NCBI GenBank assembly: GCA_965219135.1
Contig: CBDCMV010000003.1
Span: 423,856-487,855 of the forward strand
Direction of reading: 5' to 3'
Origin: Alphaproteobacteria bacterium
Lineage (GTDB): Bacteria; Pseudomonadota; Alphaproteobacteria; VGEJ01
Length of the DNA stretch: 64,000 bases
Below are positions 26,821 through 36,369 of the stretch, piece by piece. The notes under the pieces were generated by a model. The model searched no databases, had not been told where the DNA came from, and saw only the letters and a program-made list of their open reading frames with translations. The position numbers were made by a program, and so were the translations under genes. Every line of letters starts with the position of its first letter. The first letter of the stretch is position 1.

Positions 26821-27900
26821 GTGAGAACACTCATCCTCTCCGCGGTCGCGGTCGCGCTACTCGGCGTGGCCCCGGTTCGCGCCGAAATCGCAATCGCCAT
26901 GGCCGGTCCGATGACCGGCACCTACGCGTGGATGGGAGAGCAGAACAAGCGCGGAGTCGAGGCGGCGGTGGCCGAAATCAACGCGCGCGGCGGGCTGCTG
27001 GGTCAAGAGATCCAGATGATTATCGGCAACGATGCCTGCGACTCCGCGCAGGCCGTCGCGGTAGCCAACAAGCTGGTTCACGACGGCGCCGTGTTTGTCG
27101 CCGGGCACTATTGCTCGCACACCTCGATCGCGGCGTCGCAGGTGTACGAGCAACACGGGATCCTCATGATCTCGCCGGCCTCGACGAATCCCAAGCTGAC
27201 CGACGAGGGCGGCGAGAACATCTTCCGTGTGGCCGGCCGCGACGATCTTCAGGGTGAGATAGCCGGCGACTATCTGGCCGATCAATGGGGCGGCGAATCG
27301 ATCGCCATCCTGCACGACGGAACGACGTACGGCAAAGGGCTGGCCGCGGCAAAAAAGCAGTTGAACGCGCGCGGTGCCACCGAGGCTATGTACGAGTCCT
27401 TCACCCCCGGCGAAAGCGATTACTCGGCGCTGGTTTCGCGGATGCAAGCCGCGGGCATAGAGGTTTTCTACGTCGGTGGGTATAGCACCGAGGCCGCACT
27501 GATCCTGCGCCAAGCGCGAACCCGAGGCTATGGCGCCCAACTCGTATCGGGCGACGGAATCGTGACCGAAGATTTTTGGCTGATCGCCGGAGCGGCGGGA
27601 GAAGGCACGATAATGACTTTCTTTCCCGATGCGCGCGGCAACCCCGAAGCGGCACACGCGGTAGACGCATTTCGTGCCCGCGGCTTTGAGCCGGAAGGTT
27701 ACACGCTCCACGCCTACGCGACGGTGCAGGTTTGGGCGCAGGCGGTTGAAAGAGCGGGAACCCTGGAATTGAGCGCGCTTCGCGACGAGCATTTCGATAC
27801 CGTGTTGGGGACGCTCGATTTCGATGAAAAAGGGGATGTCACCACGCCCAGTTTCGTATGGTACGTGTGGCGTGACGGCCACTACGTGCCACGGGATTGA
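26821..27900 (+). CDS. branched-chain amino-acid-type (LivJ/LivK-like) periplasmic binding protein
   Basis: SD GGGAGG plus GTG, a signal peptide, and ..IAMAGPMTGTYAWMGEQNKRGVEAAVAEINARGGLLGQ.. Confidence 0.88.
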   Translation: MRTLILSAVAVALLGVAPVRAEIAIAMAGPMTGTYAWMGEQNKRGVEAAVAEINARGGLLGQEIQMIIGNDACDSAQAVAVANKLVHDGAVFVAGHYCSHTSIAASQVYEQHGILMISPASTNPKLTDEGGENIFRVAGRDDLQGEIAGDYLADQWGGESIAILHDGTTYGKGLAAAKKQLNARGATEAMYESFTPGESDYSALVSRMQAAGIEVFYVGGYSTEAALILRQARTRGYGAQLVSGDGIVTEDFWLIAGAAGEGTIMTFFPDARGNPEAAHAVDAFRARGFEPEGYTLHAYATVQVWAQAVERAGTLELSALRDEHFDTVLGTLDFDEKGDVTTPSFVWYVWRDGHYVPRD

Positions 27901-27906
27901 CGCCGA

Positions 27907-28610
27907 ATGCTGGGGCGCATTCGAGTACGGGGTCGGCTGCTGCTGGCGTTCTTCGCCATCGCAAGTTTCGCAGTGTTGGCCGCTGCCGCAGCGATGTATT
28001 CGTTCCTCCAGGTCGGCGACGTGCTCAACCTGATCACCGAAGAGCGCGTCCCCTCGGCGCTCGCCTCTCAGGAGCTATCGAGACAAGCCGAGCGCATCGT
28101 GACCGTCGCTCCCGCGCTTCTAGCGGTTGGCACGGACGAGCAGCATACGCGGGTCTCCGCCGAGATCGCGGCGGCGGTCAGTCGGCTCGACGATCTGTTG
28201 GCCGAGGTTCGAGACCGTAGCGCAGACGCGCCCACGATGGATGACATCCTTCGCCGCGTGCAATTGATCGAGTCCAATCTCGAAGCCCTGGACGCGTTGG
28301 TCGCCAGGCGCCTGGCGGCCGATCGGCGAAAGCGGGAGTTGCTCCGCCAACTGGCTGACATCGATGTCGCCTTCCAGCGCCTGTTGGGCCCTGGAATCCT
28401 GACCCGAGAGGCGGAGGTGTTCGAGTTGCGAAGGGTCGCGAGAGAGCCGGATCTGTCGGCGGACGCACGGGCCGAGACGATCGAGCGGATGGTTGCTTCG
28501 ATCGCCGAGGGCCCGCAACTGCAGAGGGCGCGCGCGGAGACCTTGGCAATCAACCGAGCGCTACTGCAAACGGCTTCCGCCTCAAGTTTAGCCGAGCTGG
28601 AGGTCCTAAA
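27907..28610 (+). pseudogene. sensor histidine kinase, N-terminal sensor fragment
   Basis: A transmembrane segment (LLLAFFAIASFAVLAAAAAMY) plus a long helical sensor region. The reading frame runs into an IS5 end at 28611 and stops at 28632. Confidence 0.6.
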
Positions 28611-29153
28611 GGGCACCTCTAAGAATTGGTGAGTTGCCGGAGGATATTGTTTAACCAGGCTGTCACCAGCTCCAGCCATGCCGGAGCCGAGATTTTCGGG
28701 GTCTTCCACGCTCCAATTGAGTTATTTCCGCTTCAAGACCGTCCCCAGGCGGTCTTCTCCTCCGAGTATCGTCACACGGCCGCCGCGAGACGCTCCAGTT
28801 GGACCAGGCGGCGCATGTTGTAGGCGAGGTTCTTCAACCCGATCCGCGCCTTCGCCCGCACCAGCCCGACACTACGCACCAGCGTCCCGCCCATGTCGTT
28901 GCTCTGGGCCCCGAAGACATGCTCGACGCGGACCCGAACCGACGAACGGGTCTTGTTGCCTTGCTTCTCGCGCTCGCTCAGCGGCTTGTTGCGGCGGCCC
29001 TTGCGATGGATCCGGCTCCGCAACCCCTTCTCCTTCAGCATCGCCTCGATCTCCGCCGAGCGGTAAGCGCTGTCCGCCCACACACCCAAAGCCGTGTTGT
29101 CCCCATCCAGGATATCGTCGAGGACTTGGCTGTCGTGCTCCGCCGCGTCGCTC
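28611..29153 (-). mobile_element. partial IS5-family element (one terminus plus the last ~125 transposase codons)
   Basis: Collinear and near-identical to 58211..58753 of the complete copy, starting with the same terminal GGGCACCTCTAAGAATT. Identity is lost at 29154-29158. Confidence 0.9.
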
Positions 29154-29159
29154 GTATGG

Positions 29160-29586
29160 CGATCAATTCGGCATCAGATTCCGGTTGCGAGCTTCCGACG
29201 GCGCCAGTGTCCGAATCAACGGCGACCGCAATCGGCTCATTCAGCTGCTGAACAATTTGCTCTCCAACGCCGCCAAGTACTCGCCGAAGGACGGCGAGGT
29301 CGAGGTATCCATCGAGAGGCGCGATGCCGCCGTCCGTGTCAACGTGCGTGACAGAGGCCCCGGCATCCCCGAGGAGATTTGCGAGAATATGTTCGGCGAG
29401 TTCTACCAGGTCTACGCGAAAGGGGCCGATAGGCCAGGTGGCACCGGGCTCGGTCTGAGCATCGCCAAGTCCATCGTCGAGAGCCACGGGGACTCGATCG
29501 ACTACACCTCGGACGTCGACGTTGGGACCACGTTCTTCTTCGATTTGCCCGCGCAGTCCGCGGAGTCGCGGAGGAGCCAGGTTTGA
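29160..29586 (+). pseudogene. histidine kinase C-terminal HATPase_c fragment
   Basis: ..INGDRNRLIQLLNNLLSNAAKYSP.., ..DRGPGIPEE.., ..GGTGLGLSIAKSIVESHG.. No HisKA/H-box lies upstream. Confidence 0.75.
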
Positions 29587-29921
29587 CGCCGCCACTGAAC
29601 AAGATTCTGTATGCCGAGGACGAGCGACGAATCCAGTTCGTCACGAAGATGGCGCTGGAGCGGATTGGTGGGTTTACCGTCGCCATCTGCGCATCGGGCG
29701 CCGAAACCCTGAGAGTCGCACCGGAATTCCAGCCCGACCTCTTCCTGTTGGATGTCCGAATGCCCGGGATGAGCGGTCCGGAGGTTCTTGAGGCGCTGCG
29801 CCAACTGCCCGGATTGGAGAAGACCCCGTCCGTCTTCATGACGGCGAACGTCATGAAAGAGGACATCGAACGATATAAGGAGATGGGTGTTCTCGACGTG
29901 ATCGCCAAGCCGTTCGAGCCC
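29583..29921 (+). pseudogene. CheY-like response regulator receiver domain, 3'-truncated
   Basis: KILYAEDE..PDLFLLDVRMPGMSG..VFMTAN..VIAKPFEP. The ORF then reads through antisense cyclase sequence to 30557. Confidence 0.7.
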
Positions 29922-30536
29922 AGCCTTCACGAGCGGCGGCCCGCTGCCGATCGTGGCGTAGGCCAAACTTACCCCGTCACCGGCGGTGCAGAAGCGTATC
30001 TCCTGCTCGGGCGCGCCCGGGGTTCGCGGCCCGCCGGCGGCGGCGATGCCATAGAGGTGGACCGGTTGGGCGATGTTCTTGAGTTTGCGCTCGCCGAGAT
30101 CGACGAACGCGGCGGCCACCTTGCCCTCGACCTGGCGATGGGCCTCGCCCGAGATACACAATCCGCCCGGCTCGGCGGCCTCCTGCAAACGCGCGGCGAC
30201 GTTAACACCGTCGCCGAAAATATCGCCGTCCTCAACCACGACGTCGCCCAAGTTGACCCCGATTCGGAAGACGATTCTTTGGTCGTCACCTCCGGCCATC
30301 GCGTTTTGGACCGCGATGGCGCAACCGACGGCGTCGACGACGCTGGCGAACTCGGCCAGGAGCCCATCGCCCATCGTCTTAACGATGCGGCCGCGGTGCT
30401 CGGCGATCGCGGGGTCGATCACTTGGGCGCGGCACGCCTTGAGGCGCGCCAACGTCCCCGCCTCGTCGGCGCCGATGAGTCGGCTGTAGCCGACCATGTC
30501 GGCACTGAGGATTGCCGCCAACCGCCGTTCGGACAT
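29922..30536 (-). pseudogene. class III adenylate/guanylate cyclase with the start of an alpha/beta-hydrolase domain, 3'-truncated
   Basis: MSERRLAAILSADMVGYSRL..TMGDGLLAEF..FGDGVNVAARL.., then ..EIRFCTAGDGVSLAYATIGSGPPLVKA. After that the frame reads antisense response-regulator sequence. Confidence 0.75.
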
Positions 30537-30544
30537 GCCGGGTC

Positions 30545-31804
30545 TCAGGTCGCGTAGACGGCGCCCTTGCCGCGGGCCTCGATCTTGCCGGCCCTGACCT
30601 GGGCGACAACCTCGGCGAGGTCGGCGAGGTAGCGGTCTACCACCGCCGGCTCGTGCGAGGCATCGACGAAGAGATGGACCGAGTCGGGCTCCAGCCCGCG
30701 CATGGTCAGCCAGCCGCGCTCGGTCATGCCGTCATCGACGGCGAATATGTCGAGGTCTGGCGAGCCGTAGGCGATGAGGTAAGCATGGGGCTCGCCCCAC
30801 ACGCTGAGCCCGGGAATCGCGTTGAGGCCCGCGACCAGGGAATCGCGCGCCTTCAGGATCTTGTCGACGATGTGCAAGTAGCCTTCTTCGCCCAGATAGT
30901 GCGCGACCGCCCAGGCCGAGGCCAGGCCGCCGCCTGAACGCGAGCCGGTCAGATTGGTCGTCGAATAGACGCCCGAGGGCCATTCGTCGAAGGTGTAACG
31001 CTGATAGGCCTCGAGGGCGGCGTCGCGGAACAGGAGCGCGGACACGCCTTTGTTCGAGTAGCCGAGCTTGTGCACGTCGACTGAGATCGAGGTCACGCCG
31101 GGAACCGAGAAGTCGTAGTCGGGAAAGGTGTAGCCGAGTGTTTTGGCGAAGGGGAAGATGAAGCCGCCATGGCAGGCGTCGACGTGAAGCCAGAGGCCAT
31201 GCTCGGCAGCCAGCGCCGCGATTTCGGTTGCCGGATCGGTGACCCCGTAAGGGTACGAGGGCGCCGAGGCGACCAGCATGAAGGTGTTCGCGGTGATCGC
31301 GTCGCGCATCGCCTCGACATCGGCGCGAAAATCCACGCTGGCGGGAACGCGGACCGCCGTGAACCCCATCAGGTGAGCGCTTTTGTCGAACGCGGGATGG
31401 GCGGCGCGGGGCACGATGACCTCGGGCTGGCTCGCTTGGGGATGGGCGTCGCGGGCCCAGTCGCGGGCGGTCTTGACCGCCATCACGATGCTTTCGGTGC
31501 CGCCGACGGTAAGGCTGCCGATGGCGCCTTGAGGCGCGTTCATCATCTCCAGCAACATGGCGATCAGGTCGGTCTCGTAGCGGGAGAGGCTGGGGAAGGA
31601 CAGATTGCCGAAGAGCGCGTTGGTGTTGATGTAAAGCTGATAGGCCTGGTTGGCGACCGCCACCACGTCCTCGCCGGCGTAGTAGCTGCCGCCGCGGAAC
31701 GCGCGCTCCGAATACCACGGTGAATCGTCGCTCTTGGCGGCTTCCATCGCCGTTTTCACCTCGGCCCACGCCTTTCCGCGGGCCGGGAACTTGCGCTTAG
31801 GCAT
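30545..31804 (-). CDS. PLP-dependent group II decarboxylase-like protein (sphingosine-1-phosphate lyase / glutamate decarboxylase-like)
   Basis: 419-aa ORF (..TVGGTESI.., ..HVDACHGGF.., ..SISVDVHKLGYS.. with the PLP lysine). Confidence 0.8.
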   Translation of the reverse strand: MPKRKFPARGKAWAEVKTAMEAAKSDDSPWYSERAFRGGSYYAGEDVVAVANQAYQLYINTNALFGNLSFPSLSRYETDLIAMLLEMMNAPQGAIGSLTVGGTESIVMAVKTARDWARDAHPQASQPEVIVPRAAHPAFDKSAHLMGFTAVRVPASVDFRADVEAMRDAITANTFMLVASAPSYPYGVTDPATEIAALAAEHGLWLHVDACHGGFIFPFAKTLGYTFPDYDFSVPGVTSISVDVHKLGYSNKGVSALLFRDAALEAYQRYTFDEWPSGVYSTTNLTGSRSGGGLASAWAVAHYLGEEGYLHIVDKILKARDSLVAGLNAIPGLSVWGEPHAYLIAYGSPDLDIFAVDDGMTERGWLTMRGLEPDSVHLFVDASHEPAVVDRYLADLAEVVAQVRAGKIEARGKGAVYAT

Positions 31805-32654
31805 GGTTTGCCTCCTCGTCCTCGATACCTTGCCAGACCTCCCGGATCATGTCTTTGAGGGTCTGGGCCTCAAGCCAGCGGTCCGAGAGCTCGTAACCAT
31901 CGGCGCCGGTAATCGCATACTCCCTCGGTCCTAGCTCACAGGTAAAGGTGAGCGTCGCGTCGGCGGGCGCGCGTTTGCGCCAGTCGCGAATGCCGTACGC
32001 CCACCAGCCCATGAACAGGTCGAGCCATTCCTTGTGGTGGGGGAAGCTGATTTGAATCTGGACCTGTTCGCGGCTGGCGACGCGGCCGTGCAGCGCCCAG
32101 GCGTTGTCGAGAACGCGGCGAATGAGGGTGTGATTTGCTTCGTCGATCGGCCAGGCGAACTCGCGCCCGACGACGTAATGCGAGAGGTCGGCGGTGAGCT
32201 TGAGGTCGGGGAAGCACTCCAGAAGTTGGAGCGTGAAAAAAAGATCGGTGGTCATGAAATTGCGATGGGTCTCGACGTAGACCGGCACGCTCGCGCCCTC
32301 GGCCAATCGACGCACGCCCTCGAGGAAGGGAACGCACTCGGCCACCGAGTGCGGGCGGGGGCCGGGCAGGACATTGATGTGATCGGTCGCCTCGAGCCCG
32401 GCGACGCGATCAATCACCATTTCGAGCTCATCGAGTGTGTCGGGATATGTTTCGGACATGCAGCTCATGCCATGGGCGCGAAGGAATTCGTCGACCGTCC
32501 TGGCGTAGCCAAGGTCGGCCTGGACGTCCATGGCGACACCGTCGAAGCCGGCATCGCGAATCATCTCGAGCTGGCGGTCGAGCGGCCATTCTTGCCCATC
32601 GGGCCGGCGGCGCTCCATCGCCCATGTCGACTGGTAGACCAGCAGTTTTTGCAT
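31797..32654 (-). CDS. sugar phosphate isomerase/epimerase family (TIM barrel) protein
   Basis: ORF 31797..32867; probable ATG at 32654 (MQKLLVYQSTW..). The stop overlaps the downstream ATG. Confidence 0.7.
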   Translation of the reverse strand: MQKLLVYQSTWAMERRRPDGQEWPLDRQLEMIRDAGFDGVAMDVQADLGYARTVDEFLRAHGMSCMSETYPDTLDELEMVIDRVAGLEATDHINVLPGPRPHSVAECVPFLEGVRRLAEGASVPVYVETHRNFMTTDLFFTLQLLECFPDLKLTADLSHYVVGREFAWPIDEANHTLIRRVLDNAWALHGRVASREQVQIQISFPHHKEWLDLFMGWWAYGIRDWRKRAPADATLTFTCELGPREYAITGADGYELSDRWLEAQTLKDMIREVWQGIEDEEANHA

Positions 32655-32694
32655 GCCGAAGTCTACCAGATCACGGCGGCCAAAAAGGCTTAGT

Positions 32695-33606
32695 ATGGCG
32701 GGCATGAGCGACATCGTTGGTTTGGAGGCGGGGGATCTCAGCCTTGAGATCTGTCCGCCGTGCGGTGGCTCGATCGCCGCGTTTCGCTGGCGGAACGCGG
32801 GCAAGACCCACGATCTTCTGCACGCCGCCACCGCCCGGACCATCGCCGACCGCGAACCCCAGGGCATGGGGTGCTTCCCGCTCGCGCCCTATTGGGGCGA
32901 CGTTCAGGGCGGCGGCTTCACCTTCGCGGGCAAGCACTGGCCGCTCCCGCTCAATCATCCCTGGGAGCCGGTGCCGGTCCACGGCGAGGGCTGGATCTCG
33001 GAGTGGCGGGTGGCGGAAAGCACGGCTACCGGCGCTGTCCTCCAACTCGATCACCGTGGCGGGGAAGGCTTTCCGTTCCCCTACGGCGCACGCGAGCGCT
33101 TCGCGCTCACGCCGCGGTCGCTTCGGGTCGAGGTCGAGGTGATCAACACCGGGGATCGCGACATGCCCGCTGGCACGGGGCTGCATCCCTACTTCGATCG
33201 CACCGCCGACGCGATGTTGGGACTGGAAGCCGAACACGTACGCGAGGCGGGCGAGGGGCCGCCCGCGCCCGGACCGGTGCCGCCAGTGTGGAATTTTTCG
33301 ACCGCCAGGGTGCTCGACGCCAAGCCGTTCGAGGTTCTGTATTCGGGCTGGAAGGGCCGCGCCACCATCGCCTGGCCGACCCGCGGCGTCGCCGTGGTTA
33401 TGACCGCCGGTCCGCCCCTCGAGCACCTGTGCCTGTGGACGCCCGACGACCGGCCCTACTTTTGCGTCGAGCCGGTGAGCAACATCGCCGATGCGATCAA
33501 CCATTTCTCGCGCGGCGTATCGGGGACCGGTATCCGAGTCCTTGCCCCCGGCGAAAGCATCTCCGCCTGGGTCGCGTTCGAGCCCCAGAGGTGGGAGGGA
33601 GCCTAG
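32695..33606 (+). CDS. aldose 1-epimerase family protein
   Basis: In-frame ATG at 32695. Contains ..HGEGW.., ..TGLHPYF.. and ..YFCVEP.. motifs. Confidence 0.75.
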   Translation: MAGMSDIVGLEAGDLSLEICPPCGGSIAAFRWRNAGKTHDLLHAATARTIADREPQGMGCFPLAPYWGDVQGGGFTFAGKHWPLPLNHPWEPVPVHGEGWISEWRVAESTATGAVLQLDHRGGEGFPFPYGARERFALTPRSLRVEVEVINTGDRDMPAGTGLHPYFDRTADAMLGLEAEHVREAGEGPPAPGPVPPVWNFSTARVLDAKPFEVLYSGWKGRATIAWPTRGVAVVMTAGPPLEHLCLWTPDDRPYFCVEPVSNIADAINHFSRGVSGTGIRVLAPGESISAWVAFEPQRWEGA

Positions 33607-35426
33607 CTCGCGGTTTCCCGGAACTCGGCGATGGCCGCGAGGAAGGGGGCGGCGAAGTCGCGGAGCTTGGCTGCCCCGACCCCGTGCACCTGGGCGAACT
33701 CGTTCTCGTCGGCGGGCATCCGGCGCGCCATGTCGGCCAGCGCGCGGTCGGGGAAGATCACGTAGGCGGGGACGCCGCGGGCACGCGCCAGCGTCAGGCG
33801 GCATTCCTTCAAGGCGATGAACAACGCCGCTTGCGATTCAGATAGCTCGGCCTGGGGCGAACCGGGCTTGGGCGCCGCGGTGGCGGCGGGCCTCACGTCC
33901 TGGCGGTAGTGGAAGGTCTCCTCGCCGCCCAACAGTTCGCGTCCCCTGGCGGTGATGCTGAGTCCGCCATGGCCCCTGACGTCGAGCTGCAGGAAGCCGG
34001 TGGCCACCAGCTGGCGAAGGATCGAGCGCCACTGGTCCTTGGCGATGTCCTCACCCACCCCGTAGCTCGGTAGGCGGTCGTGCCCGGTCGCGCGCACCTT
34101 CTCGGTGTCGGCACCGCGCAACACGTCGATAAGGTGGGCCGCGCCGAATCGCTGCCCGGTGCGGTGCGCGACCGAGAGCGCCTTTTGCGCGATGACGGTG
34201 CCGTCCTCGACCCGCGGCGGATCATCGCACACGTCGCAATTACCACACGGCGTCGAGCCTTCGCCGAAATACGACAGCAGCGCCTGGCGGCGACACTCCG
34301 GCGATTCGCAAAAGGCGATCAGCAGGTCGAGACGCTTGTGCTCTCGCCGCCGATGCGCCTCGTCACCGCCCTCTTCTTCGATGAACGCGCGCCGCATGCG
34401 GATGTCGTCGAGGCCATACAGCATGTGTGCGTCTGCCGGCTCGCCGTCGCGGCCGGCGCGGCCGATCTCCTGATAATAGGCCTCGATGTTGGCCGGAAGG
34501 TCGGTGTGGTAGACGTAGCGCACGTCGGGCTTGTCGATACCCATCCCGAAGGCAATGGTGGCGACCATGACCACGCCCGGCTCGGTCATGAACGCGTCTT
34601 GGCTAGCGCCGCGCGCGCCCTTGTCCATGCCGGCGTGGTAGGCGAGAGCGCGAACGCCGGACTGGTTCAGGAATGCAGCGGTCGCTTCGGTCTTCTTGCG
34701 CGACAGGCAATAGACGATGCCGCTTTGGTTGACGCGAGCGCGCGCGAAATCGATCAATTGGCGTTTCCACTCGCGCCGCATCTCGACGCCGAGGCGAATG
34801 TTGGGGCGGTCGAAACCGGCGACGAATACATCGGCCTCGTCGGCGAACAGCTTGGCCGCAATGTCGCTGCGCGTCGCTTGATCGGCGGTGGCGGTGAATG
34901 CCGCGATCGCGACGCCGGGGAAGCGCTCGCCAAGGCGCGCCAGTTCCTCGTATTCGGGGCGGAACGCTGGGCCCCAGCGCGAGATGCAGTGGGCCTCATC
35001 GACGACGATGAGCCGCAGCGGCAGGCGGCCGAGCGCGCGCAGCATCACCTCGGTCATTAGGCGCTCCGGCGCCAGGTAGAGGAGTCGCACCTGACCCGCG
35101 GCGACCCGCCGCCAGCTGGCGATATTGGTTTCGCGGTCGCGCGAGGAATTGATGGTCTCGGCCGCCACGCCGGCGAGCCCGAGCGCCGCGACCTGGTCCT
35201 CCATCAGCGCCACCAGGGGCGAGATGACGACCGTCAGCCCGCCGCCGACAAGCGCAGGAATCTGAAAGCAGAGTGACTTGCCCGAGCCCGTCGGCATCAC
35301 AGCGAGCACGCTCGCCCCGGCGAGCAGCGCCGAGACCACCGGCTCCTGCCCGCCGCGGTAGGAATCGTAGCCAAACACGTCCTTGAGAACGCGGCGGGCT
35401 TCGGAACCGGGGTGCGGTTGGTCCAT
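33603..35426 (-). CDS. recQ: ATP-dependent DNA helicase RecQ
   Basis: 607-aa ORF with MPTGSGKSLCFQIPAL, DEAHCISRWG, the zinc-finger cysteines (CESPECRR..CGNCDVC), and RQC and HRDC regions. Confidence 0.93.
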   Translation of the reverse strand: MDQPHPGSEARRVLKDVFGYDSYRGGQEPVVSALLAGASVLAVMPTGSGKSLCFQIPALVGGGLTVVISPLVALMEDQVAALGLAGVAAETINSSRDRETNIASWRRVAAGQVRLLYLAPERLMTEVMLRALGRLPLRLIVVDEAHCISRWGPAFRPEYEELARLGERFPGVAIAAFTATADQATRSDIAAKLFADEADVFVAGFDRPNIRLGVEMRREWKRQLIDFARARVNQSGIVYCLSRKKTEATAAFLNQSGVRALAYHAGMDKGARGASQDAFMTEPGVVMVATIAFGMGIDKPDVRYVYHTDLPANIEAYYQEIGRAGRDGEPADAHMLYGLDDIRMRRAFIEEEGGDEAHRRREHKRLDLLIAFCESPECRRQALLSYFGEGSTPCGNCDVCDDPPRVEDGTVIAQKALSVAHRTGQRFGAAHLIDVLRGADTEKVRATGHDRLPSYGVGEDIAKDQWRSILRQLVATGFLQLDVRGHGGLSITARGRELLGGEETFHYRQDVRPAATAAPKPGSPQAELSESQAALFIALKECRLTLARARGVPAYVIFPDRALADMARRMPADENEFAQVHGVGAAKLRDFAAPFLAAIAEFRETAS

Positions 35427-35463
35427 CAGCGATGACTATGGAAGGGCGAGACGGCGGATCGTC

Positions 35464-36246
35464 CTAGAAGGTGGCCGACAGACCGCCGTCGACCGAAAGG
35501 ATCTGGCCGGTCATGTAGGCACAGTCCTCGGAACAGAGGAACAGCGCCGGACCGGCAATGTCGGCGGGTTGGCCGGGCCGGGCCACGGGAATCTTCCCAT
35601 ACTTCATGTAGACGTCCTTGAACCACTGGGTCTGGTGTTCGTGGACACCATCGGGCATCACGCAGGCGGGCGTGTCTATGAAGCCGGGCGCGATCGCGTT
35701 CACAAGGATGCCGCGCGGGGCGAGATCGACGGCGGCGGCGCGTGTCATGTTGACCAGACCGCCCTTGGCAGTGGCGTAGCCCATGGTATCGGGCCATGCT
35801 CGCAGACCTTGGATCGAGGCGATGTTGAGGATGCGCGGACAGGCGCTGCGCTCCAGGTGCGGCACCGCCGCCAGGATGCACAGGAGCGCGCCGTCGAGGT
35901 TGATGCGCAGCATGGTGCGGTACTGGTCGACGTCGAGGTTTTCGAACGCGGTGCCGTCCGAGAGCGCGGCATTGTTGACCAGGATGTCGAGGCCTCCCCA
36001 GCGCGCCGTCACCGCGGCCACCGCGGCCTCGACCGAATCGCGGTCGGCGATGTCGGTGGGGTGGGCGAACGCTTTTTCCGCTCCGCCCGTGCCCAGCGTC
36101 ACCGCCGCTTCCGCGGCGCCCTCGGCGTTGACATCGGCAATCGCGACCTTGGCGCCCTCGGCGATCAGCCGTTCGGCGATGCCGTAGCCGATGCCGCGCG
36201 CGGCGCCGGTGACGATGGCGACGCGGTCCTCAAGTCGTCCGGCCAT
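35464..36246 (-). CDS. SDR family oxidoreductase
   Basis: ATG at 36246 (MAGRLEDRVAIVTGAARGIG..), NNAA, YATAK. Paralog of 39282..40073. Confidence 0.88.
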   Translation of the reverse strand: MAGRLEDRVAIVTGAARGIGYGIAERLIAEGAKVAIADVNAEGAAEAAVTLGTGGAEKAFAHPTDIADRDSVEAAVAAVTARWGGLDILVNNAALSDGTAFENLDVDQYRTMLRINLDGALLCILAAVPHLERSACPRILNIASIQGLRAWPDTMGYATAKGGLVNMTRAAAVDLAPRGILVNAIAPGFIDTPACVMPDGVHEHQTQWFKDVYMKYGKIPVARPGQPADIAGPALFLCSEDCAYMTGQILSVDGGLSATF

Positions 36247-36369
36247 GTCGAACCTCCGGTGAAGATCGGTGTAGCGGCCCAGGCTAGGGGGCAACGATCC
36301 ACTTCTCAACCGCCACGGTGTCCAGTACGGTGCGCCCCGATCCGCAGGAGGCGCCGGGAGTTCCAGCCA

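Noticed and set aside
29583-30557. 324-aa ORF that could be read as a response regulator with a novel output domain
   Set aside because: Everything after ..AKPFEP (29921) is the antisense strand of a clearly recognisable cyclase gene. It is interpreted as read-through after a deletion, not a domain.
35383-36369. N-terminal 330 aa of the 719-aa ORF 35383..37542
   Set aside because: This part is antisense to the SDR gene 35464..36246. The enolase-family similarity and the conserved MKIT(E/D)IEC start begin at 36370.
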